Assembly: GCF_006345805.1 (NCBI RefSeq)
Contig: NC_043001.1
Span: 60,822,001 to 60,886,000 of the forward strand
DNA: 64,000 nt
Reading direction: 5' to 3'
From: Octopus sinensis
Lineage: Eukaryota
A program made the translations under genes and the position numbers. Below the pieces are notes generated by a model, which was not told the origin of the DNA, made no database searches, and was given only the letters and a program-made list of their open reading frames with translations. Positions 1 to 13,345 of this stretch are shown in pieces (positions within the stretch are counted from its first letter, which is position 1; each line of letters starts with the position of its first letter).

Positions 1-2329
1 AATACAAGTTTATCAGCTCAAATAGGCTTCGAATATATTTGAACCCGTAAGAAAACAATTCACTGTGTTTTAACTTGGAGAAAATTTCTCGCTGTAGATA
101 AATGGTGTAAATACACCGAAAGCAGTTCCCAGACTGTGAGATGCAAGCATAAGCGCTACAAGTCGTGGTATTATGGCGGGGATTTCATAAGAGGGACAAT
201 CAGCGCATGGCACACCACCTCCAGTTTCTGTGACTGAAGGAAAAATAATCATTCTGAACGGCTTGCATTGATAACTTAGTATAATTTTTTGTGTATTGTA
301 AATTATGATAAGTTTGTTATCCATAATCAGTGAACTGGTTTTCATTTAAGTTGGAAGTTGTTTCCACCTCTCAAAGCACTAATTCTATTTCATCGTAATT
401 AAGAGTTTCTTATTTGCAGATGTACTCTATTGCAGTTTCTTGAAATATCTTTTGCTTTGTTATTTTCCCTACTGGAAATTTTTACTTCTCCCACCCTATC
501 TTTGCAAGTTTGCTTAATCTATCAGAATCCGTTTGATATTCATTCGCATATGTGTGGGACGAACATAAATGGGAACATCTTGAATATTGAATGCGATCTT
601 TTATAGTTGTTACTGTGGAAAGCTCACCTGATTGTCATTGAGATAATTATTGTTAAGGGTATGATCTTTAGTAAACTAATCTCTCAGTTCAATCACCAAT
701 ACAGACCCAGTTCCAAGTGGAGTCATGGTTTCTCTTAATTTGGTCCCTCTCTGGATCTTCCCATATAGTCGTATTTCCTTTAGAGTTTAAATCCTTTCAG
801 AAAATGTTTGCATTGCTATTTTTTCTTCTCAACTTGAATACAAATAAGTTCCTATTTCACAGCATCAATTACTTCTTAATTCTTGGCATGGCAGGAATGT
901 ACGAACCATTTTTCCCACAGTCATAGATACAAATATTTCCTCTTCCACCTTCTCTAATAAATCTTTCTCTGTGTACAGCACCGGCATTTCAATTTGGATC
1001 AACTGCTTCTGGCATAGTTTTCCTCCTTTTACTTTCATCTAGTACTCATATTTCATTTTTCGTCCAATTCTTCCAATTCACTATTTAAATACGATTACCC
1101 ATCAATTGAACTCAATTGGCTTCCTTGAAGTAAATTTGAACGTTAATATGAGCTGTTATCTTTTGAAATATATTGTTCTTACATTTACCTTCATTTACTT
1201 TCGCATAAGTTCATCACTCGTAATATATCTACAAATTTCCATCCGTTATTATCATGATCTTCGTGTAAGATTATTCTATTAAAATGTGGGCACTCATCTG
1301 TTTCTTCATAACTAAGGCCATATATTTTTATAAAAGGAACGCTCTTCCAATTTCCCTACAAAACGCATTCAGTGTATTATGAATTATTTATTTCCTTGCT
1401 TTTTCAGAATTAACGAATATCTTTATACCTTGCACGAAGAATAGATGTTTTAGGGAAGGTGCATTTCATCGTACTTTTCTAGGGCATGTTCACTTCCCTA
1501 AGAGTCATTGAGCATTAATGGGTTTACACCTAACAAGAAAACTACACTTCTCAGTGATTTTTATACTCATCATGCATTATGTTTACTAGTGTGCCACAGT
1601 AATGTTGTGAAGAAAGAAGATGTTTTAAAACATGCCAAAAACAAAACATGCCAAAGAAACCCCAAAATCGAAGCACAGTGACCCCAATTGTAAAAAGATT
1701 TTAAGTCGTCTCACGTCGTGCATAGATTAGCCTGTCGTCAGTTGTAATTCTTCGTTATTATTTTCTCAATGATCTGTTGGTAACGGTGCTTTTGAGTGTT
1801 CCCTGCAAAACTGTTGTTGAACAGACATATAAATTTTCTACATCAAATTATTACATGCTTTAGGTTGAAAATAGTATAATAATGACTAATATGTGACATG
1901 TGATTTGTCGTTAATTTCTGAAAGAATTTCACCTGTTTGGGATGTTTCATTAACAAAGTTGTTGATCTCTCATACATGTACCAGTATTATTTATGTGTTA
2001 CATATAAATTAAGGTGATTTTCGACTTTGCTGGACAAAGATTTTAGATCTTATATCCAAACTATGGTCATGGGTGTTTCTAATTTGCTTATATTTACATA
2101 TTGCTAGATATTATTCCTGGCCATATAGATTGATAGTTATTTTTTGCACTAAGTCAGATTTAACTGCTCTGTACTATTCTGCATTTCCATGATATGCAAC
2201 CAGTCAATACCGAATTCCTGTTCAGAATTCTTTCGCATTCTCCGTTATTTTTTGTTACGTTTTCCATTTTTATTATACGGATGCTTTCGTTTTAATCTAA
2301 AAATTACATTATGTTCAAATTGAATCGTT

Positions 2330-2470
2330 AACACGCCGGGCGACGTTCTGAGTTCAAATTCAACCGAGGTCGACCTTGCGTTTCATCCTTTCAGAGTCGA
2401 TAAATTAAGTACCAGTAACACACTGGGGTTGATGTAATCGGCTAGTCCTCTTCCGCCAAAAGTTTAGGCC
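2330..2470 (+). mobile_element. tRNA-derived SINE fragment, family B (3' part)
   Basis: Contains gttctgagttcaaattc..gaggtcgac.ttgc.tttcatcctttc..agtcgataaattaagtaccagt and shares motifs with 33999-34185. Resembles Octopus SINEs from memory. Confidence 0.7.
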
Positions 2471-2520
2471 TTATTATTATTATTGTTGTTGTTGTTTATG
2501 TTGTTGTTGTTATTATAATT

Positions 2521-3375
2521 GCCTTGCACAGCTTCTAACGCTGGGTGCCGATGAGAACGAGCTGTCCAGTCTGTTCGGAAGAACTTTCCGTTTGCGAAAT
2601 ATCTTGGATAATTTCAAGATGGCCTAGCGCTACCGATTCCAGATAAACTCTACAGGTAAGGGCATGTGCTGTCAGACGTGCTTGTCTGAGGTGCGCGCAA
2701 AGTGACGAACCCGTTCTGCACGCGCTCGTTCAGTGTTCGGGCGTTGCTGACTTGTCCTTGCAGTTGCGTGTGGAAGGGATCCGCCTGTCGGCCGAGTGAG
2801 TAGTGATGATCTTACCGCCGCCATTCTCAAATCGGGCAGGCAAAGCAGTTTTCATTTACCTGGTGGCTGTACGAAGCAAAAGAGTTTGTTTGCTGAACAA
2901 GGCTGAAAGGCATGAGATCAGATACATTCCTCTTTGGTAGAACTCTCATTGACTTAGTCAAGTTTCACTTGAAAAAGAAATTGAAAGCGGAGAGGGAAGT
3001 ACTGTCCTCGAGTGAGTTTATTGAAACGTGGATGTAAGTTGCGAAAATGGCAAGTGTGGACGGTACCCCACTCAGGTAGACCTGTGAGTCAGAGGGAAGG
3101 AATTGGAGAGTCTCTTGCTCTTGGTGTTTCGAGAAATATCGGACAGTGGTGTTCCGCGATTATCCCTCGAAGCCAGCCTGTATCAGGAGGGTCACATATC
3201 TATCATCCTTCCCGCCATTCTTTAAAACTTATGTATGTTGCGCATACCTCCCTTCTTTTTCAGTGTATACCGACTACACTTAATTTTTTTCCTTATCAAT
3301 TTATTATATGTAAACCTCCACGCTTGATGTGTCCTTGTATTGTCCCCCTCATCCTTCGCCCATGAAGCAAACAAA
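2521..3375 (+). mobile_element. Tx1-clade LINE, 5'-truncated ORF2 C-terminus plus 3' UTR (decayed)
   Basis: Frameshifted translation gives ALPIPDKLYR, a CLRCAQSDEPVLHALVQC zinc knuckle and FHLKKKLKAEREVLSSSEFIETW, followed by an A-rich tail at ~3365-3378. Homologous to the copy at 51512-52460. Confidence 0.75.
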
Positions 3376-3762
3376 AAAATCATCATTATTATTGTTGTTG
3401 TTGTTGTTGTTGTTCGTTGTGGTGGTGGTGGTTGTGGTGGTTGTGGCTTTGTTTTTTTGTTTATTGTCATTGTGATTTCTGGTGAAAACACCCTGGCGAC
3501 TGCATCGGGTTCCACGAATCAAATATCAAACTGTAAATGGAATCCTCAAAAGAAATATATTTATATAGATAAGTAAAGCGAATTTTTAGGATAAAAGCAT
3601 AGCACTAAGAGGATCAGTCTCACATCTCAAAATGCAAATCATTAAATCTAGGCATAGCAAATCATTAAATCTAGGCAAAGAATACAATCACGAGGATTTG
3701 ATATTTACATGTCCGAAACTTTTCTAAATTATTATAAATATTACTATGTCAACCAGCTGAGT

Positions 3763-4246
3763 AAAAAATGCTAGCATGAAAAGTAATATTCTTAAGATTA
3801 TAAACCTGAAAATGTATAGGACAAGTAATTATACCTGTAAAAGTACAGGACAAACTATTTCTTCAAGTAAAATAAAGAATAAGAAACTTTTTACCTAAAA
3901 TATTGCATCTAAAATTAAAATTTGAATATTAAAAATATTTTATTATAGTTTACAAATCACACTATACGTATTTAAGTAGAATTTGGCTACTTTACTACCT
4001 TAAATACAGAAAAAACGGACTAATGAGACAATCTTACAAATTAGCTGAACAGTTTTGTACAAGAAATTTAACATATGAGAACTGTAAAGAGTGATAAATT
4101 AGAAGAACTAGCATTCATTGCTGCAATATTTTTAGTAAAAAGTTTCTTATTCTTTACTTTACTTGAAGTAATAGTTTGTCCAATATTTTACAGGTGTAAT
4201 AACTTGTTTACAATCTTAAGAATATTATTTTCATGCTCGCATTTTT
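3763..4246. repeat. Imperfect inverted repeat (arms 3763-3907 and 4122-4246), MITE/foldback-like
   Basis: aaaaaatgctagcatgaaaagtaatattcttaagatt...aagaataagaaactttttacctaaaatattgca is matched by its reverse complement at 4122-4246. Confidence 0.8.
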
Positions 4247-4440
4247 CCATGTGATGTATATACTGAGAATAATAAGGCAGTCAGAATGCTGGATGATTAT
4301 ATATATTTTTATTAACACTTTAGCTCTTTCTTCTGTTATGTGGTTTAGCTCATCGATTATTTTTTCCGGAATTTGTTAATTTTTGCTAGTATTAGTGTTC
4401 ATTAAAGGTTCTTCTGCGACTGATGTCGAAGAAGAACCAT

Positions 4441-4491
<51 letters not shown>

Positions 4492-4519
4492 CAATATACA
4501 TATATATATATAATATATA

Positions 4520-4552
<33 letters not shown>

Positions 4553-4585
4553 ATATATATGTATATATGTATATATATATATATG
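4441..4585. repeat. (TA)n/(TATG)n microsatellite
   Basis: Seen directly. Confidence 0.98.
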
Positions 4586-5607
4586 ATTTTATAATTATCA
4601 AAACGTTTTGACATTTTTCTAGTAATATCAACAATTTTATTGATTAACGAATTCTTATATATGTTTGAATTTTTAGGTGAATAAGTGTTGACCTAGTCAC
4701 CAAAAGTAATAATATTCTATCTTTTGTTCATTGTGTAAAACTTTCGAAATGAAATGTCATTTCAAAAACTGAAAGCCAAACAAGTGTAATTAAATAATAC
4801 AGTATGAATCAATTCATATATGATTAAATTTGACACAGATTAATACATTTATATTTTCGTAGTTTTAATTGTATGTTTGTTATTTAATCAAATAATACAG
4901 TATAGGGTAAATTGACTATTACTATTTCCCGGACAATGTGGAAGAAATTCAATAAAATCAATAAGCTATATAAATGTGATTGAAATTATCTAGAAAATTA
5001 CCCTCGAATCATAGAAGCTAAGCATATCTATGTCTAGGAATTGTTATGTGATGTTATATAATAACGTTTTCTAATATATTCTTTTATGAATGTTTACAAC
5101 AAATCCTACAATTTCGCGAAATATTTTATAAATCGCATATATTAATTCTTTAAATATACTAAAATTCTAATTGTAATAAATTTTTAATTCTACGCTATAA
5201 TAATATAGTTAAAATTCAATAATATTTATATAAATTTAAGAATTTTAGAAAACGAAATGGTACGGTACTATGTTTTTCCAGAAACGATAAACATTAAACA
5301 GCATTGAATTATTGGTATTTTGTTATCTTTACGTTTCGCAAGAAATATAAATATAGCAGCAATATATTTGATTATATTATAAATATATTATTTTAATATA
5401 TTTGAGCAATGCTTCAAGTAATTTTTATGAACACATTTTACGAAATATATCTTTTTTGAAAACATGCCCCAAAACAATTTCAAATGACCTTTCAGATGTT
5501 TAAAAGTTTGATTGAAAGAAAGCAGAGTGAACGAAATCAAGATAACTATAATCTATATGATAAAAAAGCCTAATTAGTTTACTCCAATAATTGAACATAC
5601 TTTAAAC

Positions 5608-5977
5608 GCAGATGTGGCTGTGTGGTAAGGAGTTTGCTTCAAAACCCACGGTTCCGTGTAAAGTTCTACAGCGTGGCACTTTGGGAGAGTGTCTTCTTAT
5701 ATAGCTTTGGTCCGACCAAAGCCTTGTGAGTGGAGTTTGCAGATGAATGTTTGTGTGTGTGCATGTGTGTGTGTGTGTGTTTCCCAGTACCGCTTGACAA
5801 CATGTGTGTTTACATCCCCGTAACTTATCAGCTCAGCAAGAAAGAACGATAGATTGAGTACCAGATTTAGCAAAATACAAGTACTGTGGATTCATTCGAC
5901 TAAATTTTCTTCAAAGTGGTGCTCCAGCATGGTCGAAGTCTAGTAGCGGAAACAAGTATAAGATAAAAGATAAAAGA
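5608..5977 (+). mobile_element. tRNA-derived SINE, family A, near full length
   Basis: gtggctgtgtggtaag head (A-box-like), ccgaccaaagccttgtgagtgg, internal (TG)n, gtggtgctccagcatgg, gaaacaagta and (gataaaa) tail. The same motifs recur at 10256, 32855 and 44243. Confidence 0.85.
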
Positions 5978-7226
5978 TATTGAAGTTTAAGTATGCAAAA
6001 GTTTCTCTTCAGTCGTGTATGTAATATATGCGTATATGAGTTGAATACTTGTACACAAGCAATGAATATGGGGAATACATGTCAGCGAAAATTTGTCTCC
6101 ATGCAAAATGTGCAGAAACTACCTAAGAATATGCCTGCAATGCCCTTTCTCTTCATCGTGATAAAAGGTATTTCATTGTTGCAACCACTTCTGTATCTTC
6201 AACTTTTATCGCAGTATCACTCGAGCTTCGCTCTTTAGTAGCTTCTACGGAATGTGAGTATCACAGATCCATCTACACTCCAACCAGTCTCTAAGTTACT
6301 GAAAGTATCACTGACGCACCATTTAATCTTCAGATAACATACATATCAGATGCCATACATAAGAGACTTAAATTCATGTGCATTTATAAAATCTGCACTA
6401 TAGCTGCAAATCCGAGTCCATACATTCTTCGCAGAAAGGAGAGTGTATGCACAGGAAACGTTATGAGGGATTCCTTTTTGCTAATTTTGATTTAAATTGT
6501 GATATAATGAATGACTTTTGTCCAGTTATAAAGTACGTTCTGTTATTCGTACGAATTCACAAACAATTTCGTATAAAATATCTAGCTCTGCCTCGGCAAT
6601 GTTACATCTGTGCCGCAATAACAATCTATCATGCATGCGTTTTATGGATCGAAAGTTTTCTTTGAAAATACTTGGTTTTTGGTAATACGATTTTTCGTTT
6701 GCAAAGTTTCGAATTGGAAAACATTTGTAACTTAAGAGGATAAAAAGCGTATAAAATCCCTTCTGTACAGGTATGTACGTATATGTGTTGCCTACTTGCT
6801 AAAGACTGAGCATTATCCACACAGAAGCATACTCGGTGCTCTTGGATTGAGGAAATATTTATGGTTGTTTTTCACCTAAATACTGATGATTTAGACGTTC
6901 TCGTCGTAAAAAGTTGCTGCGAACAAATAATCATTCCGTTCGAAATGAGGAATTGGAGGAGATTTTGTTTTCGAAATAAGATAAAATAATGAAATATATA
7001 AAATATAACTTGCAAGGGTTAGACGGCTGCAGATTAATTTCTTTAATATCATTACGATTGATGATTGCAAATGTTAAACATTTCTTTTCATTAAGGAAAT
7101 ATGCTGGTTAATTTTCATTGAAAATTCTGCATCGAAGTGTACACCTTGCTATTAACAAGTGAAGCAGTTGCGGATTTAAATTAAAGTGATCCGATTATCT
7201 GCGGGGAAGTTAATATTAATGCTAGG

Positions 7227-7949
7227 GAAAATATTCTGCTCAATGAACTTGGTATGACGAAGTTTTCTGTTCAGAAGTGCGACGTCCTCTGACATCTAAT
7301 CAAAAGTGCATCACGAGAAAATCTGACATTGTACGAAGCAGATGCAGCTGGTTTCCTTGAACGTTTCTTAATCCAGAAAGGGTGTTGTCTTCATCATGTA
7401 GAGTCAAAGACAAACAGACAACCCATGCCCTGGAACTCTTCACTTTACCTACTCGTGGTAGAGATGCGAAAGGCATTATGATATTAAGAACGGCCACACC
7501 TACAATGGAGAGAACTATGCCAACTTGGACGAGGCAGTTACGAAAGGCTATGAAAAGTTACGAAAGGCACAGAAAAATTTACGAAAAGTGTTTTGTTTCA
7601 TCCTGACAAATGTGTAGCACACAATTCGTACGTTTTAGTGATTGATGTGAGTGAGTGTGGATTTGAAATCAGACTCTCTATTTTCCCGTTTAAACCTATA
7701 TGACCATCAACTGTTCCCTAACATGTAAAAACACTTGGCTGGGAATCACTATCTGAGTGATGATGACATTATATCTGCCGCTGATGACTTTTAATGACCA
7801 ACAAGATGTAAAAGTCTTCCAAGCCCTGCAACACCGATGGAAAAATTGTGTGGTCTGTAAGGGTGACTATGGTGAAAAATAAACGTCGTTTGATCACATT
7901 CCATAAGGATAACTTAGTCATTCCATGAACTTTTCAGCCGATCCTCGTA
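7227..7949 (+). mobile_element. Mariner transposon remnant (catalytic region and right TIR)
   Basis: Decayed transposase with NELGMTKF, DAKGIM, GENYANL, RQLRKAMKS, LFPNM*KHLAG and QALQHRWKNCV..KGDYGEK*. Ends ttccatgaacttttcagccgatcctcg-TA. Confidence 0.85.
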
Positions 7950-8839
7950 ATAGTTTCAATAAATATCATCTCCAAATGTTTTTGTGTGTATGTGTGTGTG
8001 TTTGCGTGTATGTGTGTGCGTGAACGTGTGTATGAAAACAGAATCACATATCTACACAAGATTTACGACGTCTATGTAGATTCCTCTCAGAATTATACAA
8101 CGATAGTGAACTGAAAAGGTTTAGCAAGCCAATTCCTAGACACACGGAGGCCCCTGGTCTGAGGATAACAAAGACTTACGTAATATATCACATATTTTAC
8201 TGCTTAAACTTCCTGTCATATGCCAAACGCCATCAACAACCTTCTTTTCTACAACATCTAATGCATTTCTAAGAGACAAACAGGACGCAACTTACATGAG
8301 TCAGCACACATCATATAACTGGTATTTTATTGATCTCTCACTACCCATTCCTTATCTTAACTCCGCATCAAACGGACCTAGCTTTACTATTGTTAATTGT
8401 AATAACAGCAAGAATACACTATATTAATATAATTATATAATTTATTGCATACACCCATGCGTACATTGTATGAGATAGATCTAACGAGCCAATGAAATAC
8501 ATAAGCTCGTGGTAAAAAATATAGAATACACTCATACGAACAATGATGGATATAGAAGTAGATTGATAGAAAGACACAAGGCTGGAAGATGATGAGGCAA
8601 GTGAATAAAAATAAATACAACAAATAGGGTTAGGATATATTTTGTGATATGTTACCAATTTGGTGAACAGCTGAATGTAGCTTGGGATATTTTGATAGAC
8701 GAGATACATAGATCGGATGACTATTGATTGCTATATCAATAGATCGATTAGTAAGATGATAAATTGACGTTTTGAGAAAGGAAGAGACATGAAAATATGA
8801 CACAAATAAGATAAAGATAAATGGACAGATTTCAAAATT

Positions 8840-8952
8840 ACTACACACACAAACATACACCCATGCACACACACACACACAAATACGCACACACACAAAC
8901 ACACACACACACACACACACACCACACACACACACACACACACATACACACA
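8840..8952. repeat. (CA)n microsatellite
   Basis: Seen directly. Confidence 0.97.
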
Positions 8953-10255
8953 CTGATACATCGTAGATTGGTTAGTTGGAGCGATCGATATATGTTTTAT
9001 AAAATGCATCGTAGTTATACGTTCTACAGTACTACACCGTGACCATGAAAATCAATTTGAGGCCATTTACAATAAGTCATTGATTCTTATCCTTGTTTTA
9101 TACTTTATCTGCTCTTGCTAGTTACTGTCATTGCTTTACTTTGATGTTGTCTATAAAATCATTGATGTGTACTCTTCCAGGTTGTATTTACTCCACAGTA
9201 GTATAAGAAATCTATTTCCATTCTTCATATTGTTTTTCTTTGATATTTTCTGTGTGGAGAGCAAAAAGATTTGATGATTACATTGAATCGATAATAGTCT
9301 GCAAGACATGATGTGCATGTTCGTATATTTTCTGATTTGCATCATTGATTATCTTCAAACAGATAGTCCCATGATCATGCACATACATACCAATATATAC
9401 ATATACACACACATACATACTGATGCTACATACACATATATATGTCTGTATGTTATATGTATATGTGTATGTATGTATGTATATGGCATAAGTATCGGTC
9501 TCCATATCTTGTTTTGTTTTGCGTTGTTTCCTGTGTTATTGGATTTTGAGGGTCATGCACGCTTTGTTTATGTGACTGGATACATTCATGTGGGTTTCAT
9601 AGCCAAAGTGTTCAGAAATATTAGAAATAAACCGAACAAATAGTATATTATTGTTTTGAAATAACTCTTATTTATTTGCAAAAATGGAAAAAAGAAAAAC
9701 TGAACGTAATATATCTCTTCTAACAAAAGTCAATAATTTATCGACCAGTCAAAACTTACCTTACTTTCACGTAGCTAACATCACATACATGGAAGCAATG
9801 TAGTAATATATCACCATTCCTAAGTTTTGTCTTTTTCCCCGAAATTCTCTTTTGGCAAAACATTAACAGTAAAAGAACTCTGATTTTCAATTCGATTGTA
9901 AGCATGAAGGTGTAAACGTCTTCGTGCTCACTATTATACTGAGCATATAAACACAATATTTTGGCAGCGGTTTATCATACATCTACAAAAGGGAGCATTT
10001 GCAATGCATTCTACAACACAGCACAAAACAAAACTAGATCCATAAACATTAGTAGAAAATATAGCCTTAAATTACATAATTCCCTTTGAAACAGATGACT
10101 GAAGGTGGATGAAATATTCTCAGAGCGAAATAGAGCTAAAACAACAACGGACATCCAGTACACAAGACAATACTGGGATTTATGACGTATATAGCAAGTT
10201 AAATTCAAAATCTACTCATACAGTGAATTTAACTATGTTTATACACATAGGCTCA

Positions 10256-10646
10256 GGTGTGGCTGTGTGCTTAGAAGATTTGTTACCAACCACATGCCTC
10301 TTGTTTCAGTCCAACTATGTGTCAGCTTCGTCAAGGCTGTTCTGCTATAGCTTCGGGCCGACCTAAGTCTTGTGAGTAGATTTGGTAAACGGAAACTGAA
10401 AGAAACCCATCGTATATATATGTGTGCGTGTGTGTGTTAGAGCCTGTATTTGTCACCCCTACCATTGCTTGACAACTGATGTTGGTATGTTTACGTCCCC
10501 GTAACTTAGAAGTTCGGCCAAAGAGATCGATAGAATAAGTAATAAGCTTACAAAGAAAAAGTCTTGAGTTCGACTTCTTCGAGTAAAATCCCTTAAGGTG
10601 GTGCTCCAGCATGGCTGTAGTCAAATGACTGAACCAAGTGAAAAAA
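10256..10646 (+). mobile_element. tRNA-derived SINE, family A
   Basis: caggtgtggctgtgtg head, gggccgacc, cggaaactgaaagaaacccatcg, ggtggtgctccagcatggc and gtcaaatgactgaa. Confidence 0.85.
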
Positions 10647-10844
10647 TTCTTTTTTTAATTGTCCTTTCGTAATCATGTTTTCAGTGCCTTTATATCGGTA
10701 ATTACTGGTATACAGTAGGAATGTCTGTCGCTAATTGTAGAAGTAAACACCTTGCTTCGATTGAACCTATACTGAAATATAATTAAAATGAGTAACAATT
10801 TATAGGAAGTTAGTGGCAGGTAGTGACTTTAAGATATTCCCAAG

Positions 10845-11571
10845 ACGTCTCCATTGAGTGCAACCGTACGATATTTCATCTTTTCCTCTTTAGAGATAGA
10901 TCACGTGGTTGCAATATATGCAGTTTGGACTTCAGACAACTTACAAGACGGTGTCATGTACAAAGCACACATTTACCAGTGGTTTTCACACTTTAGGAAT
11001 GGTCAATTGTCTCTTGAAGACCATTCTCGTTCACGGACACCGTTGACATACGGAACGACTGAAAACATCACGAAAATTCATAAAGTGAACTTGGAGGGCC
11101 GTGGTCGAACAATTGATAATTTTTTTTTATATGAGTCGTGTGTCCTGGAGCTCCTGCCACCGAATTTTGAGCGAAAAATTCCGAATGAAAAGAGTTGCAG
11201 CAAAATTTGTGCTTCGCTTGCTCACAGAAGATCAAAAGTGGTCACGACTGAATGCGTGTTGTGAACTGAAAGAACAGTTGGAAGTTGTTCTTCCTCTCTG
11301 TGACTTTGTTTTTTTTTTACTAACGAAAAAGTTAGTTATTCAAGGAATACGTTTTGCAGATGTGGAAGAGGAGAAGAAAAAACGACGGAGGCGTTAAAAG
11401 GCATCGCTTCGCAAGGGTTCCAGTACTGCTTCATGCAGCAGGAAATGCGTGGATTGATGCATCGCTTTAAATTGATAATACTTCGCAGGCAATAAACGTG
11501 TAAACATGTTAAACTAAATGAATAAAATATTATTGCAAAATTCCAAAATTTCTTTTGGGTACCCTCTCCTA
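10845..11571 (+). mobile_element. Internally deleted mariner remnant
   Basis: ORFs 10854-11264 and 11101-11397 give HTH-like YQWFSHFRNGQLSLED and MKRVAAKFVLRLLTEDQK (WVPRLL equivalent). They then jump to PLCDF..GIRFADVEE (YSPDL region). The right end is gggtaccctctcc-TA. Confidence 0.8.
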
Positions 11572-11616
11572 CTTGAAAGCAAAATTCATGAAAATCTGCA
11601 ATTTAGTGATGAATAA

Positions 11617-12589
11617 CACTGTGCAACACTCAAAAAAGTACAAGAGATCTGTGGCCATTTTTGTATGCAAATTGACGTGGGAAATCCATTTCTGGCCTTC
11701 TTTTTGTTGAATTAGGCATGGTTTCTACAGAATTGTCACTTTTTATCACTATTATTAAATAAAATTATCTACCGCATTGTAAAATGGGTTTCAACCCAGG
11801 GCTAGAGACCAATCTTCGTAACACCTACAATGTGAATCAAAGCTTGAGATGAATGTTATTTTTTTATCTTTCAGATCTTAATTGTTTTCAACAATGAGTG
11901 CAAGACAGTGCAAAAATGATCCAAACAGATTCTGTTATATCTGGGGGGAATTGACTTTTGCTAAAGAAAATCACATGCCATATCAAGAAAATATACAATG
12001 TATACTTCAATTGTTACTTAGGTGACCAGACTAAGTCATGGGCGCCTCATGTGTGTTGCCTTACATGTGTGAAAACATTGAGTAACTGGTTTCATGATAT
12101 GGGATGTAACATGTGCTTCACTCTCATTTGGATTTTTGGGGGAAAATCTTGGCAATGTGAGTGATGAACATGGCGAACGATTCCATCAGGTTATTCCAGT
12201 GATGGAGCGATGATTCATAAGAAAATGGAACTCTGGTATGTTGGCAGAATACTGCTGGGGTATTAAAAAAGATGATTACACTCCGCACAAGAGGCTTAGA
12301 AGGACAAAAGTTGTTTAAACTGAGAGGTGTGTTTTTAATTCATAACCAATATATGTTTTGTTATACCAACTAAATTTTTGTTTTGTTTTTTGTAACTTTC
12401 AGTATTTGCAATGTTGTGTTCAATACGCAATATTATGCAGTATATTATCAAACACGTTTCATGGTACAGGAAAACGGTGCTTAATCTAGAGAACTAAAGG
12501 TCAGAATCAGAATAGGGACAATTTTTTGACCCCAAAACAAGTCTTACTTAACTTGTACTTTTTGTTAACCTGAAATTTGTTGCACAATG
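11617..12589 (+). mobile_element. Chapaev3-like (CMC/CACTA superfamily) DNA transposon, internally deleted, TAA TSD
   Basis: Termini are CACTGTGCAACA and TGTTGCACAATG, with a subterminal aaaaagtacaag/cttgtacttttt pair and TAA on both sides (11614-16, 12590-92). Translation gives CKNDPNRFCYI, GDQTKSWAPHVCCLTC, NLGNVSDEHGERFHQ and MLAEYCW. Confidence 0.75.
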
Positions 12590-13021
12590 TAATTCACCAT
12601 GGAAGAAACAATAAATATGTTGTATATATGACGGCTATTGCGTCCCACACTCACAAATGTGCGAGAAAACCTTTACAAAGGACCTAAACCTAGAGTTACA
12701 TATATACTAAAAAGACAAATTAATATTAGCAAGTCGATTGATGTTAACGATGATAAATTTGATTGTGAGAAATATTTCAAACACAAATATGCAAAACAAC
12801 CGAAAGCTGGGACGGAATCTGGTTGGATTTTAACTAGTTCCGCACACATTTCGGAAAGAATTACGGTATTTTATCAACATAGCATGTTTGATCAGTTAGA
12901 ATATAATTTCTACCAAATCTACGAAATTATAATTTGAAAATATTACTCGACTAATTATTTTTTTAATTTCAATATTCTCAATCTTGATTTGTCATATATA
13001 CAGTAGTGTTTGGGAAACTAA

Positions 13022-13345
<324 letters not shown>

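Noticed and set aside
1-2300. Possible ancient coding remnant on the minus strand (ECPHFNRIILHED, DCGKNGSYIPAMP), considered as a Helitron
   Set aside because: The motifs are too short and fall in inconsistent frames with many stops. TBLASTX/HMM would be needed to assign it.
6203-6259. 39-nt candidate microexon (cttttatcgcag / gtgagt)
   Set aside because: Splice-like signals at this density are expected by chance in 64 kb, and no partner exons or homology were recognised.
9754-9956. Minus-strand GGTAAGT donor with a 66-aa ORF; a similar donor lies at 62848
   Set aside because: The 7-mer occurs about 4 times in the window, including inside TEs, which is chance level. There is no convincing acceptor or protein similarity.
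12638-12937. 99-aa ORF with weak GIY-YIG-like features
   Set aside because: The motifs are too degenerate to call. It is at most another PLE fragment.
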